Origin: Geminicoccaceae bacterium
GTDB taxonomy: Bacteria > Pseudomonadota > Alphaproteobacteria > Geminicoccales > Geminicoccaceae
Reading direction: 5' to 3'
Assembly: GCA_025054575.1 (NCBI GenBank)
Contig: JANWZN010000001.1
Span: 1,415 to 65,414, forward strand
DNA: 64,000 nt
Positions 21,014 through 31,132 of the stretch are shown one piece after another. The notes under the pieces were generated by a model. The model saw nothing but the letters and a program-made list of their open reading frames with translations, was not told the origin of the DNA and did not search any database. The number at the start of each line of letters is the position of its first letter. Within the stretch, counting starts at the first letter, position 1. Position numbers and translations under genes: made by a program.

Positions 21014-23268
21014 GTTTCTCCCCGGATCTGGCCGGCGGCCAGCGCTTTGAGGACCTTGTCCTTCGGTCCGTCTGCCACGACCCTGCCGCCGTCCAAGACG
21101 ATGAGCCGTTCCACGAGCGCCAACAGCGATGCGCGATGGGTGACCAGCAGTACCGTTCGGCCGGGCAGCTCGCGCGCGATTCGTTGCATGAACCGGTTTT
21201 CGGCGCCGTTGTCCATGGCACTCGTAGGCTCGTCGAGCACCAGGATCGGCGGGTCCAGGAGCAACGCGCGGGCAATCGCGATCGACTGGCGCTGGCCGCC
21301 CGACAGCGCCTCGCCGCGCTCGCCGACATTGAGGTCGTAGCCGAGCGGATGCCTCGTGACGAAGTCTTCGACACCGGCGACCGCCGCTGCCCGCAAGACC
21401 GCTGCGTCGTCGGCGAACGGTGCTCCGAGCGTGATGTTGTCGCGAATCGAGCCGTGAAACAGGACGACATCCTGCGGTACGCAGCCGATGTTGCGCCGCA
21501 GATCGGCCGGGTCGATCTGACGCACGTCGGTCCCGTCGACCAGAACCGAGCCCGAATCCGGCTCGTACAGGCCGAGCACCAGCTTTTCGATCGTGGACTT
21601 ACCGGAGCCGATGCGGCCGATCAGGCCGACACGCTCGCCGGGCGCGATCCGGAAGGAAACGTCGCTCAGTGCTGGAAGCTTCTGACCGGGATAGGAGAAC
21701 GTCACGTTCTTGAGCTCGATCGCGCCCTTGAGGACCGGCCGGTGGACGAACACCCGATCGGGCGGTCGCTCGGCCGGGAGCTGCATGATCGCGTTCAGGG
21801 TCTCGAGCGAGGTCTTGGCCTGATGGTAGCGGGTGAGGACGGCCGCGACCTGGCCGAGCGGTGCCATCGCGCGCCCCGCCAAGATGCTGCAGGCTATCAA
21901 GGCGCCTGTCGTCAGGCGACCGGCGGCGATCTCGTAGACGCCCACGATGATCACGCCGACGTAGACGAGGTTGCTCACCAGGCCCGCGAAGTTGACGGTC
22001 AACGCCGACAGGAGCCGGCTCTGGTTGCCCGACTCGGCGGTCGCGGCGACGAAGCTCTCCCAGGCCCGCTGCATGCGTCCCTCGGCGCCGACGCTCTTGA
22101 TGGTCTCGAGACCATTGATCGCCTCGACGAGGACACCGTGCTTCTGCGATGCTTCCTTGAACGTCCGCCGCACGATCCGATTCAGAGGAATTTGCAGGAG
22201 GAGGCCGGCTCCGACCACGAGGGGGATACCCGCGAGAGGTACGATCGCCACGACCCCGCCAATGATCCAAATAATAGCAACGAAGAGGATCAAAAACGGA
22301 AGGTCGACAAGGCTCGTCAACGTGGCAGAGGTGAAAAAGTCCCTGAGCGTTTCGAACTCACGGAGGTTGCTGGCGAACGCGCCGGCCGAGCGTGGCCGGC
22401 TCGCCATCCGAATATTCATGACGTGCTCGAAAATTCGACTGGCGAGCTTGATATCGGCCACTTTGCCCGCGGCATCTACGAAGTAGCCACGCAGCATCTT
22501 CAGAACGAAGTCGAAGCCGAGTACGATGAAGATACCGACCGAAAGGACCCACAGCGTCTCCAACGCATTGTTGGGGACGACACGATCGTAGACGTTCATG
22601 GCGAACAGCGAGGTCGCGATCGCGAAGCAATTGATCAATGCCGCGGCGAGCAGGACCTCGGCGTAGACCGGCCACTGGCGAAGGATCGTCGACCAGAACC
22701 AGTGCCCGCTCCGCTCGGCGAGGAGTTCGCGATCCCGCTGCGCGAAGCCGAGCGCGGGCCGGGCGAAAAACGCGTAGCCCGTGTAGCGCTCGGCGAGGTC
22801 CGCTTCGGACAGGACGGTGGAGCCACCGCCCGTCTCGGGCAAGACGATCTCCGCTTGGCCGTGGCCGTCGCGACGAACCAGCAAGACGGCGCGCCGGTCC
22901 CGAAGCAGCAGCACGCAGGGCAGGACCAGGTTGTCGATCGTGCCGAGCGGGCGGCGGAGGAGACGGGCGCTGAGCCCGGCTCGCTCGGCGGCGCGCGGAA
23001 ACAGATCGGGGGTCAGCCTGCCTCCGACGAGCGGCAGGCCGGCGGTCAGCGCCTGTGCCGAGGTCGGCCGTTCGAGGAGGTGGGTGAGCGCCACGAGACA
23101 GCCCAGCAACGGGTCGTCGATGGTCGCGTCCGGTCGCCGGACCGACCAGTCGGGAACCGCCGCCGCCCCTCGCCCGGCCTCGACGGCGGACCGTTCGGCC
23201 GCGTCCCGGCTCCGATCCTCTCGAGGTCGGTCGTTTTGCGCGGCCGCTACGGTGACACTTTCGCTCAT
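21010..23268 (-). CDS. type I secretion ABC transporter permease/ATPase with an N-terminal C39-like domain (LssB-type)
   Basis: ATG 23268 is preceded by GGAGGGG (7-nt spacer). N-terminal DDPLLGCLVALTHLL...GLPL C39-like domain, 6-TM domain, Walker A GRIGSGKST, signature LSGGQRQ, Walker B LVLDEPTS. Confidence 0.9.
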   Translation of the reverse strand: MSESVTVAAAQNDRPREDRSRDAAERSAVEAGRGAAAVPDWSVRRPDATIDDPLLGCLVALTHLLERPTSAQALTAGLPLVGGRLTPDLFPRAAERAGLSARLLRRPLGTIDNLVLPCVLLLRDRRAVLLVRRDGHGQAEIVLPETGGGSTVLSEADLAERYTGYAFFARPALGFAQRDRELLAERSGHWFWSTILRQWPVYAEVLLAAALINCFAIATSLFAMNVYDRVVPNNALETLWVLSVGIFIVLGFDFVLKMLRGYFVDAAGKVADIKLASRIFEHVMNIRMASRPRSAGAFASNLREFETLRDFFTSATLTSLVDLPFLILFVAIIWIIGGVVAIVPLAGIPLVVGAGLLLQIPLNRIVRRTFKEASQKHGVLVEAINGLETIKSVGAEGRMQRAWESFVAATAESGNQSRLLSALTVNFAGLVSNLVYVGVIIVGVYEIAAGRLTTGALIACSILAGRAMAPLGQVAAVLTRYHQAKTSLETLNAIMQLPAERPPDRVFVHRPVLKGAIELKNVTFSYPGQKLPALSDVSFRIAPGERVGLIGRIGSGKSTIEKLVLGLYEPDSGSVLVDGTDVRQIDPADLRRNIGCVPQDVVLFHGSIRDNITLGAPFADDAAVLRAAAVAGVEDFVTRHPLGYDLNVGERGEALSGGQRQSIAIARALLLDPPILVLDEPTSAMDNGAENRFMQRIARELPGRTVLLVTHRASLLALVERLIVLDGGRVVADGPKDKVLKALAAGQIRGET

Positions 23269-23577
23269 GCGATCCCCTCCGAGCCCCGGCTGTTCGCCGC
23301 GGGCCGATCCGCTCGCGCGCACCGCTGTGCCTTCACGGGCACAGGCTACGACATTGCGCCTTCCGTTCCATCACGCCCGCCGTCCGCAATCGCGCACCAG
23401 AGGCACATGCTCTCTCGCTACCGCAAGGACTTGCACCGCCAACGTCCGCGCAGCGGCGGGGCGCATCCCGCGCGGCTCGCCGTTGACGGGTCGTCGGGTG
23501 CGGATTATCAGGAACAAAAGTTAACGTAGCATCTACAAAGGTTTCCGGCCGACCTCAAGCATCCGGGTTGAAGAACG

Positions 23578-25284
23578 ATGCGGAGTCTCCCACCGATCGC
23601 GTCCCTGGGCCGCACGAGCCTGCGCACACTGCTCCTGTCGGCCGCGTTCGTGGTCGGCGGCGACGTCGCGAGCGCGGCCTCGATCAGCGATACCGTCCGT
23701 GCCGCCCTGTCGTTCAACCCGGAGATCGGCGTCGTCAAGGCCGATCGGCGCGCCGTCGACCAGGAGCTGAGGCAGGCGCGCGCGGGTTACCTACCGTCGA
23801 TCGACGTGCGGGGGGCGGTCGGAGGCGAGCTGGCCAGCACGCCGGCGACCCGGCGCCGTGGTCCCGGCAGCACCACCCGTACCGAGCAGGTGCGCAGCGA
23901 GGCGCAGGTCAAGCTGTCGCAGATGTTGTTCGACGGCTTCGCCACACAATCCGAGGTGGAGCGGCAGCTGGCGCGCGTCGACAGTGCCGCTTACCGCGTC
24001 CAGGAGGCCGCCGAATTCATCGCCGTCGACGCGATCGAGGCGCATCTCGACGTTTTGCGCAATCAGCAGATCGTCCCGCTCAACCGCGAGAACGTGGCTG
24101 CCCACGAGCGGATCCTGCGCCAGGTCCGTAGCCTGGAGCGGGCGGGTCGCGCCGATGTGGCCGACGTCCAGCAAGCGCAGGCGCGGCTCGCCAACGCGCA
24201 AGCCTCCCTCGCCCAGGCGACCGGCGCCCTCGCCGATGCGATCGCACTCTATCAACGGGTCGTCGGGCGCGACCCGGAGGGCCTCACCCTCGAACCGCCG
24301 CCAGCGGCGGCCCTGCCGAAAGACCGCGAGGCGGCAGCTGCGCTCGCTTCGGTCCAGAGCCCGACGGTGCTGATAGCGGCCGCCGACGTCGACGTCGCGG
24401 CGGCCGAGTTGCGGGGCTCGCGCGCGGGGTACTATCCGCGCATCGACGCCGAGCTCACCGCTGACACGCTGCGCAACGCCGACGGCACGGAAGGGAACGA
24501 CAGCTCTGCCTCGGCGATGCTCGTGCTCCGCTACAATCTGTTCCGCGGCGGCGCGGACGTGGCGCGCGAGCGCGAAGCGTTTCACCGACTCAACGAGGCG
24601 CGGGCTGGGCTTCTGAAACAGAGGGTTCGCGCCGAGGAACTGGCGCGCCAAGCGGTGAACGCTTACGAGACGGCCAAGGCACGCGTGGTCGCGCAGCGGG
24701 CTCGCGTCGAGGCCCAGCGTCGCACCCGGGACGCGTACGCGAGCCAATTCGAGCTCGGCCAGCGGGATCTTCTGGACGTGCTCGATGCCGAAAACGAGCT
24801 TTTTCTCGCCCGTGTCCAGCTGGTCACTGCGGAATTCACCGAACGCTTCGCCGTGTACAAGATTCTCGGTGTCGTAGGCACCCTCCTCGATACCCTCGAA
24901 ATCGCTCGACCGAAGGAACACATCAACGTGTACCGCTCGGCAGCGCGCCAGCAGACTCCGGTCGTCGTGAAAGAGAAATCGCAACAGCTCGTCGAGCCTC
25001 GCTCGGAACCGCGCGCGTTGCGCGGCCCCGAGGTCGGCGAACCGCCGGCCGGAACGCCCGACGCTGCAGATGTCATCAACCGGGTTCCGGGGGCGGCTGG
25101 GACGAGCCGTCCCGCCGCGCAGCCCGCGGGCGGAGGAGCTGCACCGCGTGCCGACGCCCCCCGCTCGCTCGTCCTGGCCCAGGACACCACCAGCCCGAGC
25201 GCGCAGCAGGCGGATGTCTCCTCGGCTCCGGCAAGCGAGCCCGACGTTTGGTCCAGCCTCAAGCGTCTTTTCGGCGGCAAGTGA
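23578..25284 (+). CDS. tolC: TolC-family outer membrane channel
   Basis: 568 aa. Signal peptide, then two TolC repeats (ISDTVRAALSFNPEI..., YYPRIDAEL...). The last ~110 aa form a Pro/Ala-rich low-complexity tail. Divergent from the T1SS ABC/MFP operon. Confidence 0.85.
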   Translation: MRSLPPIASLGRTSLRTLLLSAAFVVGGDVASAASISDTVRAALSFNPEIGVVKADRRAVDQELRQARAGYLPSIDVRGAVGGELASTPATRRRGPGSTTRTEQVRSEAQVKLSQMLFDGFATQSEVERQLARVDSAAYRVQEAAEFIAVDAIEAHLDVLRNQQIVPLNRENVAAHERILRQVRSLERAGRADVADVQQAQARLANAQASLAQATGALADAIALYQRVVGRDPEGLTLEPPPAAALPKDREAAAALASVQSPTVLIAAADVDVAAAELRGSRAGYYPRIDAELTADTLRNADGTEGNDSSASAMLVLRYNLFRGGADVAREREAFHRLNEARAGLLKQRVRAEELARQAVNAYETAKARVVAQRARVEAQRRTRDAYASQFELGQRDLLDVLDAENELFLARVQLVTAEFTERFAVYKILGVVGTLLDTLEIARPKEHINVYRSAARQQTPVVVKEKSQQLVEPRSEPRALRGPEVGEPPAGTPDAADVINRVPGAAGTSRPAAQPAGGGAAPRADAPRSLVLAQDTTSPSAQQADVSSAPASEPDVWSSLKRLFGGK

Positions 25285-25399
25285 CAGAGGATCGTACCAG
25301 CTGGTGTCGGCGATCGTGGAGACACGATTTTTTGATGAGCCGTTAACTCATTGATGACACGTTCCTTGCGCAGGTCGTCACCGTGCGCAGGGTCGAGCC

Positions 25400-25789
25400 A
25401 TGTCGAACACCGCCGGCATCTCGGCATCGGATCCTACGGATGCGCATGCCGATGGTCTTCGTGCTCTGGCGCTCGCGCTTCTCGGCTCGGGCGAGGGCGC
25501 GCAGTCCAGCGAGGGGCCGTCGCAGCCCCCTCGGAACGAGCCGCTGGTCCTTCGCATCGAAGATCTCGTCGCGGACGAGCGAGGCGAGATCGTACTGAGT
25601 GCCAGCGAGACGCTCCGAGGTGTCGTTCTGACCACAGAGCAGGAAGTGACCGCCTCCGGCATCGCCGAGCCCGATCGAAGGGCGAGCGGCGAGGAGGTCG
25701 GTGGATACGGCTACGTGGTGTTCGCCGCGGGAGCCACTGTGTTCTTCGCACCGGGCCTCGAGGTCGAGGTGGTGGCGCCGGGCAGCTGA
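25400..25789 (+). CDS. hypothetical acidic protein (129 aa)
   Basis: Only a protein-like ORF with G/C-biased third positions in an otherwise unassigned 780-nt gap; weak RBS; no recognisable domain. Confidence 0.35.
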   Translation: MSNTAGISASDPTDAHADGLRALALALLGSGEGAQSSEGPSQPPRNEPLVLRIEDLVADERGEIVLSASETLRGVVLTTEQEVTASGIAEPDRRASGEEVGGYGYVVFAAGATVFFAPGLEVEVVAPGS

Positions 25790-26063
25790 GCGCCGGGGCG
25801 CAGCCCCGGGGGGTCTCGAAGGCGCTCGGACCGAACCGTCTCGCCGCTGTCCGGTCCGTGCGCGATGCTCGAGAGAGACTCGCTCGTTGCGACGGCGCCA
25901 CAGTAGGTGGTATCGCGCGCATCGGCCCGGTTCGGCGGCTTGGTGGCCGCGTGCGAACGGGTGATGCTCTTGTCAGAGCCGGACTCGGTTAACGTCTTTT
26001 CAAGCATCAGGGTCTAGAACGGCGCGGACGGCGCGGACGCGGCGTCGTCTGATCGAAGCGGAG

Positions 26064-27614
26064 GTGCACGAGGTGGGTGGGAAGCCGAGCGGGCGGCGGC
26101 CTGTCGTGCTGGTCGTCCTCGACGGTTGGGGTTACCGCGAGGAGCGGACGGACAACGCTGTCGCGCTGGCGCACACGCCCTGCTTCGATCGGCTCTGGGA
26201 GGCGGGTCCCCGCTGCCTTCTGCGGACCGATGGGCGCGAGGTCGGGCTCCCCGACGGTCAATTCGGGAATTCGGAGGTCGGGCATCTCAACCTCGGCGCC
26301 GGTCGGATCGTCATGCAGGACCTACCGCGGATCGACGCGGCCATCGCCGACGGCTCGCTGGCCCGTAACGAAGTTTTGGCCAAGTTGATCGAGGCCGTGC
26401 GGCGCAGTGGGGGACGGGTGCACCTCCTGGGGCTCGCGTCCCCTGGTGGCGTCCACTCGCACCAACGTCACATCGTGGCACTCGCGCGCACGATCGCGGA
26501 GCACGGCCCGGCAGTCGACCTGCACCTGTTTCTCGACGGGCGCGATACACCGCCGAGCTCGGCCGAGGCGTACTTGGCCGAGTTGGAGCGAGAACTCGCG
26601 ACGGCGGCCAACATACGCTTCGCCACCATCGGAGGGCGCTACTGGGCGATGGACCGCGATCGCCGCTGGGAGCGCACGGCACGTGCGCTCGCTGCCATCG
26701 TCGACGGTGCCGCACCGCGTGCCGTGACTTGGCGAGAGGCGCTCGAGTCCGCGTACGCGCTGGGTCAGACCGACGAGTTCGTCGAGCCCAGGGTGCTCGG
26801 TTCCTACCAGGGCATCGCGGACGGGGACGGCTTGCTGTGTGCGAATTTTCGCGCCGATCGGGTGCGCCAGATCCTCATGGCCCTTCTCGTTCCGGATCTT
26901 TCCGAGCTTCGCGGGCGCCGTCTCGTACGGTTTTCCGCCGCCGTTGGCATGACGCGCTATTCGGAGGAACTCGATCGATATCTTTCGACATTGTTCGGAC
27001 CTCAGCCGATGGATCATCTTCTCGGAGAAGTGTTGGCCGAGGCCGGAATGCGTCAGCTCCGAATGGCGGAAACCGAGAAGTATCCGCACGTGACGTTCTT
27101 TTTCAATGGCGGCGAGGAACGCCTCTATCCCGGGGAAGAACGAATCCTCGTTCCTTCACCGAAAGTGGCGACCTACGATCTCCAGCCCGAAATGTCGGCG
27201 AGAGAGCTGACCGATCGATACGTCGATGCTGTCAGGAGCCGGGACTTCGACTTCGTTCTCATCAATTTCGCCAACCCCGACATGGTGGGCCACACGGGTA
27301 ACCTCGAGGCCGCGATCAAGGCCGTCGAGGTGGTCGACGAATGCTTGTCACGCGTGGTCGCCACGACATGCGCGCGCCATGGTGCATTGATCGTGACCGC
27401 CGATCACGGCAATTGCGAGTTGATGCGCGATCCGATCACCGGTCAGCCCCACACCGCACACACCGCGAACCCTGTCCCTTGCGTGCTCGTCGGAGGCCCT
27501 CCCGACGCGCGCTTGCGCGGCGGTCGTCTGGCCGACGTCGCCCCGACGATCTTGGCTCTCCTGGGCTTGCCGCAGCCGGCCGCCATGACCGGTCGATCCC
27601 TGTTGCTGCCATGA
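26064..27614 (+). CDS. gpmI: 2,3-bisphosphoglycerate-independent phosphoglycerate mutase
   Basis: 516 aa. Contains VVLVVLDGWGY, GNSEVGHLNLGAGR, PDMVGHTG and TADHGN motifs. Confidence 0.9.
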   Translation: MHEVGGKPSGRRPVVLVVLDGWGYREERTDNAVALAHTPCFDRLWEAGPRCLLRTDGREVGLPDGQFGNSEVGHLNLGAGRIVMQDLPRIDAAIADGSLARNEVLAKLIEAVRRSGGRVHLLGLASPGGVHSHQRHIVALARTIAEHGPAVDLHLFLDGRDTPPSSAEAYLAELERELATAANIRFATIGGRYWAMDRDRRWERTARALAAIVDGAAPRAVTWREALESAYALGQTDEFVEPRVLGSYQGIADGDGLLCANFRADRVRQILMALLVPDLSELRGRRLVRFSAAVGMTRYSEELDRYLSTLFGPQPMDHLLGEVLAEAGMRQLRMAETEKYPHVTFFFNGGEERLYPGEERILVPSPKVATYDLQPEMSARELTDRYVDAVRSRDFDFVLINFANPDMVGHTGNLEAAIKAVEVVDECLSRVVATTCARHGALIVTADHGNCELMRDPITGQPHTAHTANPVPCVLVGGPPDARLRGGRLADVAPTILALLGLPQPAAMTGRSLLLP

Positions 27615-28765
27615 GATCGGCATGGCCGCGCACGCGCCGGTGGGTACCGGTCGCGATCATGTTGGCCGCGTCGATGGTGCCTATCGCTCCGGGGGCATCG
27701 CAACGGCCATCTACTGACGTACCGGCCGTGCTCGAACCCGTATCGGCTGCGACCCGCCGGGCCGATCTCCTGCGCGCGCGGGCAGAAATTTCCCACGACG
27801 AAGTCTCCCGGCTGCGTGAAGCCCGCGATCGTCTCGATCGAGCGACGACGCGAGCATCCCGTCTCTTGACCGAGTCGCTCGAGGAGATCGACTGGTCCCG
27901 GCAGGCGGTCGACGAGCTGGAGCGAGCAACGCGCGAGCCTCGTCGCTCGGCCTCGACGCTGGTGTTGCAGACGGTCCGGATAGCCCGTGGCGAGGCCGAA
28001 CCGAGCGGTTCCGGCAACCGGGGTATCCTCCAGCTGCGCTTCGGTGACGCGTGGCGCCGCCTGGAAGACCGCTTGGCGCGTGCACGCGCGACACTGGTTG
28101 CGGCACAGCGTGCCGGGCTCATCGCTGCGGCCGAGCTGGCGACCGATGCCGCGGCATGGGCCGATGCCGGCGCGGCCTCGAGCGCAGCCGAGAGCGCTCT
28201 TCGCGAGGTCCAGGTCGGGCTCCTCGAGGCCGAGCTGCGGCGGACCGCTCTGCTGGCTCGCCTGCCGGTGCCGACCCAAGCGGCGATCGCAGAGGCTAAC
28301 AGCGGACCAGATCTCGAAGAAATGACGGCATCCCTCGGGGGTGAACCGCGGCACGGGAATCGCTCGGGGTGGAGCGGTGTGCTGCGGATGCCGGTCGAGG
28401 GCACGGTCGTCCAGCGCTTCGGCGATCGCCGCGGCCACCAGCGTGCCCGAGGCATCGTGCTCGCAGCCGAGCGATCGCAGCCGGTGTTGGCGCCAGGCGC
28501 CGGAACCGTAGCGTTCGCAGGCCCGTTTCGTGGCTTCGGGTCGGTCTTGATCATCGAACACGGCGAGGACTATCATTCCTTGGTGATCGGGGTCTCGAAG
28601 CTGGTCGTAGGGCAAGGCGAAGTGGTCGCTGCTGGTCAGCCGGTCGGATGGTGGGCGGGGGCGGGCGACGGCGCCAACGAGCTCTATCTCGAGCTCCGCA
28701 AGGCGGGTGAGCCGATCGATCCGCTGCCGATGTTCACGGGACGCGAAGACGAGGTGCGAGGCTGA
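27611..28765 (+). CDS. M23-family peptidase / EnvC-like murein hydrolase activator
   Basis: ATG 27611 overlaps the gpmI stop (ATGA). Signal-like N-terminus, long coiled-coil, and a C-terminal LytM domain (GIVLAA..PVLAPGAGTVAFAG.FRGFGSVLIIEHGEDYHS). Confidence 0.8.
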   Translation: MRSAWPRTRRWVPVAIMLAASMVPIAPGASQRPSTDVPAVLEPVSAATRRADLLRARAEISHDEVSRLREARDRLDRATTRASRLLTESLEEIDWSRQAVDELERATREPRRSASTLVLQTVRIARGEAEPSGSGNRGILQLRFGDAWRRLEDRLARARATLVAAQRAGLIAAAELATDAAAWADAGAASSAAESALREVQVGLLEAELRRTALLARLPVPTQAAIAEANSGPDLEEMTASLGGEPRHGNRSGWSGVLRMPVEGTVVQRFGDRRGHQRARGIVLAAERSQPVLAPGAGTVAFAGPFRGFGSVLIIEHGEDYHSLVIGVSKLVVGQGEVVAAGQPVGWWAGAGDGANELYLELRKAGEPIDPLPMFTGREDEVRG

Positions 28766-30066
28766 TGAACCGCTCTGTGCTGAAACTGGGTGTGGCCGCG
28801 CTGCTCGGCGTCGCGGTCGGGTTCACCTCTGCCCCAGGGGTTCTCACCGGTGCGCCGGCGTCCTCGAGCGACACGTTTCGAGCCCTGAAGCTGTTCGGCG
28901 ACGTATTCGAACGCGTCCGTGCCGAGTATGTCGAAGACGTGAGCGACCAAGCCCTGATCGAATCGGCGATCAACGGAATGCTCGCGGCGCTCGACCCGCA
29001 CTCGGGCTACCTGGACGCCAATCGTTATCGCGACATGCAGGTGCAGACGCGCGGCGAGTTCGGGGGCCTCGGCATCGAGGTCACGATGGAGAACGGGCTC
29101 GTCAAGGTCGTCTCGCCGATCGACGACACACCGGCGCACAAGGCGGGCATCCAAGCCGGCGATTTCATCAGCCACATCGACGGCGAGCCGATCAGCGGTT
29201 TGACGCTCGGCGAGGCCGTGGAGCGGATGCGAGGGCCGGTCGACACCAAGATCCAGCTGCGCTTGGTGCGACGCGGGCGCGACGAGCCGATCGAGGTCAC
29301 GCTCACCCGCGCGGTGATCAAGATTTCCCCGGTGCGGGCGAGGCTCGAGGGTGACATCGGCTATGTCCGCCTCACCACGTTCAACGAGCATACCGCCAGC
29401 ACCATGCGCGAAAAGATCGAGGAACTGAAGCGCCAAAACGGAAACAAGATCCGAGGGTTCGTTCTCGATCTCCGCAACAATCCCGGTGGTCTGTTGGATC
29501 AAGCGGTCGCGGTCGCCGATGCGTTTCTCGAGCGCGGCGAAATCGTCTCGACGCGCGGTAGGCGCCCCGACTCGATCCAGCGCTTCAACGCGCGACCGGG
29601 CGATCTCGTCGATGGCCTGCCGATGGTCGTCTTGATCAACGGCGGGTCCGCTTCGGCCTCGGAGATCGTGGCCGGTGCGTTGCAGGACCATCGTCGGGCG
29701 ATCGTGATGGGCACCCCGTCTTTCGGTAAGGGGTCGGTACAGACGATCATGCCGATCGGCGGGCAAGGGGCCGTTCGCCTGACGACGGCTCGTTACTACA
29801 CGCCCTCGGGCGCGTCGATCCAAGCCAAGGGGATCGTTCCCGACATCGAGGTCCACGAAGCCAATGTCGAGCTGGTCGACGACACCGCCGGTCGGCGCGA
29901 GGCCGATCTGCGCGGCCGCCTGAGCAACGACAAGGATCCACGCCCGACGGCGACCGATCGAAGCAAGCCCGGCACGCTGGATACCAAAGATTACCAGCTC
30001 GCGCGCGCGATCGATCTGTTGCGCGGCATCGTGCTCTACGAGGGGCGGAACACGGCGCAACGCTGA
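28765..30066 (+). CDS. ctpA: carboxy-terminal processing protease (S41)
   Basis: 433 aa. PDZ region (GGLGIEV...GLVKVVSPIDDTPAHKAGIQAGD) and S41 catalytic region (LINGGSASASEIVAGALQD, GKGSVQT). Confidence 0.9.
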   Translation: MNRSVLKLGVAALLGVAVGFTSAPGVLTGAPASSSDTFRALKLFGDVFERVRAEYVEDVSDQALIESAINGMLAALDPHSGYLDANRYRDMQVQTRGEFGGLGIEVTMENGLVKVVSPIDDTPAHKAGIQAGDFISHIDGEPISGLTLGEAVERMRGPVDTKIQLRLVRRGRDEPIEVTLTRAVIKISPVRARLEGDIGYVRLTTFNEHTASTMREKIEELKRQNGNKIRGFVLDLRNNPGGLLDQAVAVADAFLERGEIVSTRGRRPDSIQRFNARPGDLVDGLPMVVLINGGSASASEIVAGALQDHRRAIVMGTPSFGKGSVQTIMPIGGQGAVRLTTARYYTPSGASIQAKGIVPDIEVHEANVELVDDTAGRREADLRGRLSNDKDPRPTATDRSKPGTLDTKDYQLARAIDLLRGIVLYEGRNTAQR

Positions 30067-30124
30067 CGGAGCGCCGTGCGCGTCCGGCAGGCGTGTGCGA
30101 GCCCGGCTCGCGTAGCAGCCAACA

Positions 30125-31132
30125 GTGGCGCCGCGTCTGTGGGATCTCGTTCCCTGGGCTCTCGCGGCGGCCGTCTTGCTCGGGAGCGCAGTTGGCGTCG
30201 CCGTGATGGGCGCGCGTGAAGGCGAAGGCGCCGTCGCGGCGCGCTCCGACGTCACGCTGCACGAGGTGAGCGTGGCGTGGCCCGCGTCGGGAGTACAGGA
30301 TGCTCTCACGGCCGAGCCGGGGAGCCCGGTCCGTGGGGGACCGCCACTCTTGATCGACGCCGCGCTGGTCGAGGCGAGCGCCGTGGGCGGGTTGCCCCGC
30401 ATCGCCGCGGACGGTCGGCGGCCGGCCGAGATGTTTCGGCGCCGGGCGCCCGCCGGCGACCGCCCCAAAATCGCGGTGCTGATCCTCGAAATCGGCCTCG
30501 ACCGGGCGGCCTCCGCTACGGCCGCCGCATTGCCCGCGGCCTTCACGCTCGTGGCTTCGCCCTATGGCTCGCGGCCGTGGTCGTGGCATCGCCGTGGCCG
30601 TTGGCTAGGTCACGAGATGCTCCTCGAGCTGCCCGTGCGACCGCGGCGGTTCCCGCTCGACGACGCCGGACCTCTGTCGCTCTATCCCGGCGCCGTCACC
30701 CCGGCGGCGATCGGGGCGATCTTGGAGCGCGGCATCGGCTATGTCGGGGTGGCAGTCGAGGCCGGCCAGTTCGCGGCGGAGCCCATGGCGTTTCGCCCTG
30801 TCGCGGAGGAGCTCGCCAAGCGCGGGCTCTCGATGGTGGAGCTGGGAAGCCGGGTGCTCGAGAGTATCGCCAGTGCGTCTGGCCTGCCCACGGTGACGGC
30901 CGAGGGACCGCTCGACCTGGAGCCGAGCGCCGATGCCATCGACGCGGCGCTCGCGGCGCTGGAGACCTCCGCTCGCTCGATGCGGCGGGCGGTGGGCTTC
31001 GTCCGGCCGCTGCCGATCACCATGGAGCGGCTGTCGGCATGGAGCCGGGTTCTCCCCGAGAAAGGCATCGAACTCGTAGGTATCGGCAGCATCCTCGAGG
31101 AGAGAGCCGCCATCTCCGCGGAGAACCGATGA
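30125..31132 (+). CDS. divergent polysaccharide deacetylase family protein (YibQ-like)
   Basis: 335 aa, GTG start, N-terminal TM segment. Family-like KIAVLILEIGL...ASPYG...GHEMLLELP. Conserved position after ctpA. Confidence 0.7.
   Translation: MAPRLWDLVPWALAAAVLLGSAVGVAVMGAREGEGAVAARSDVTLHEVSVAWPASGVQDALTAEPGSPVRGGPPLLIDAALVEASAVGGLPRIAADGRRPAEMFRRRAPAGDRPKIAVLILEIGLDRAASATAAALPAAFTLVASPYGSRPWSWHRRGRWLGHEMLLELPVRPRRFPLDDAGPLSLYPGAVTPAAIGAILERGIGYVGVAVEAGQFAAEPMAFRPVAEELAKRGLSMVELGSRVLESIASASGLPTVTAEGPLDLEPSADAIDAALAALETSARSMRRAVGFVRPLPITMERLSAWSRVLPEKGIELVGIGSILEERAAISAENR

Noticed and set aside
25711-26007. 98-aa minus-strand ORF between the 129-aa ORF and gpmI
   Set aside because: It has decent third-position bias but no RBS and no recognisable domain, and it overlaps the 3' end of the plus-strand ORF. 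It is kept only as a note under the 25.3-26.1 kb finding.
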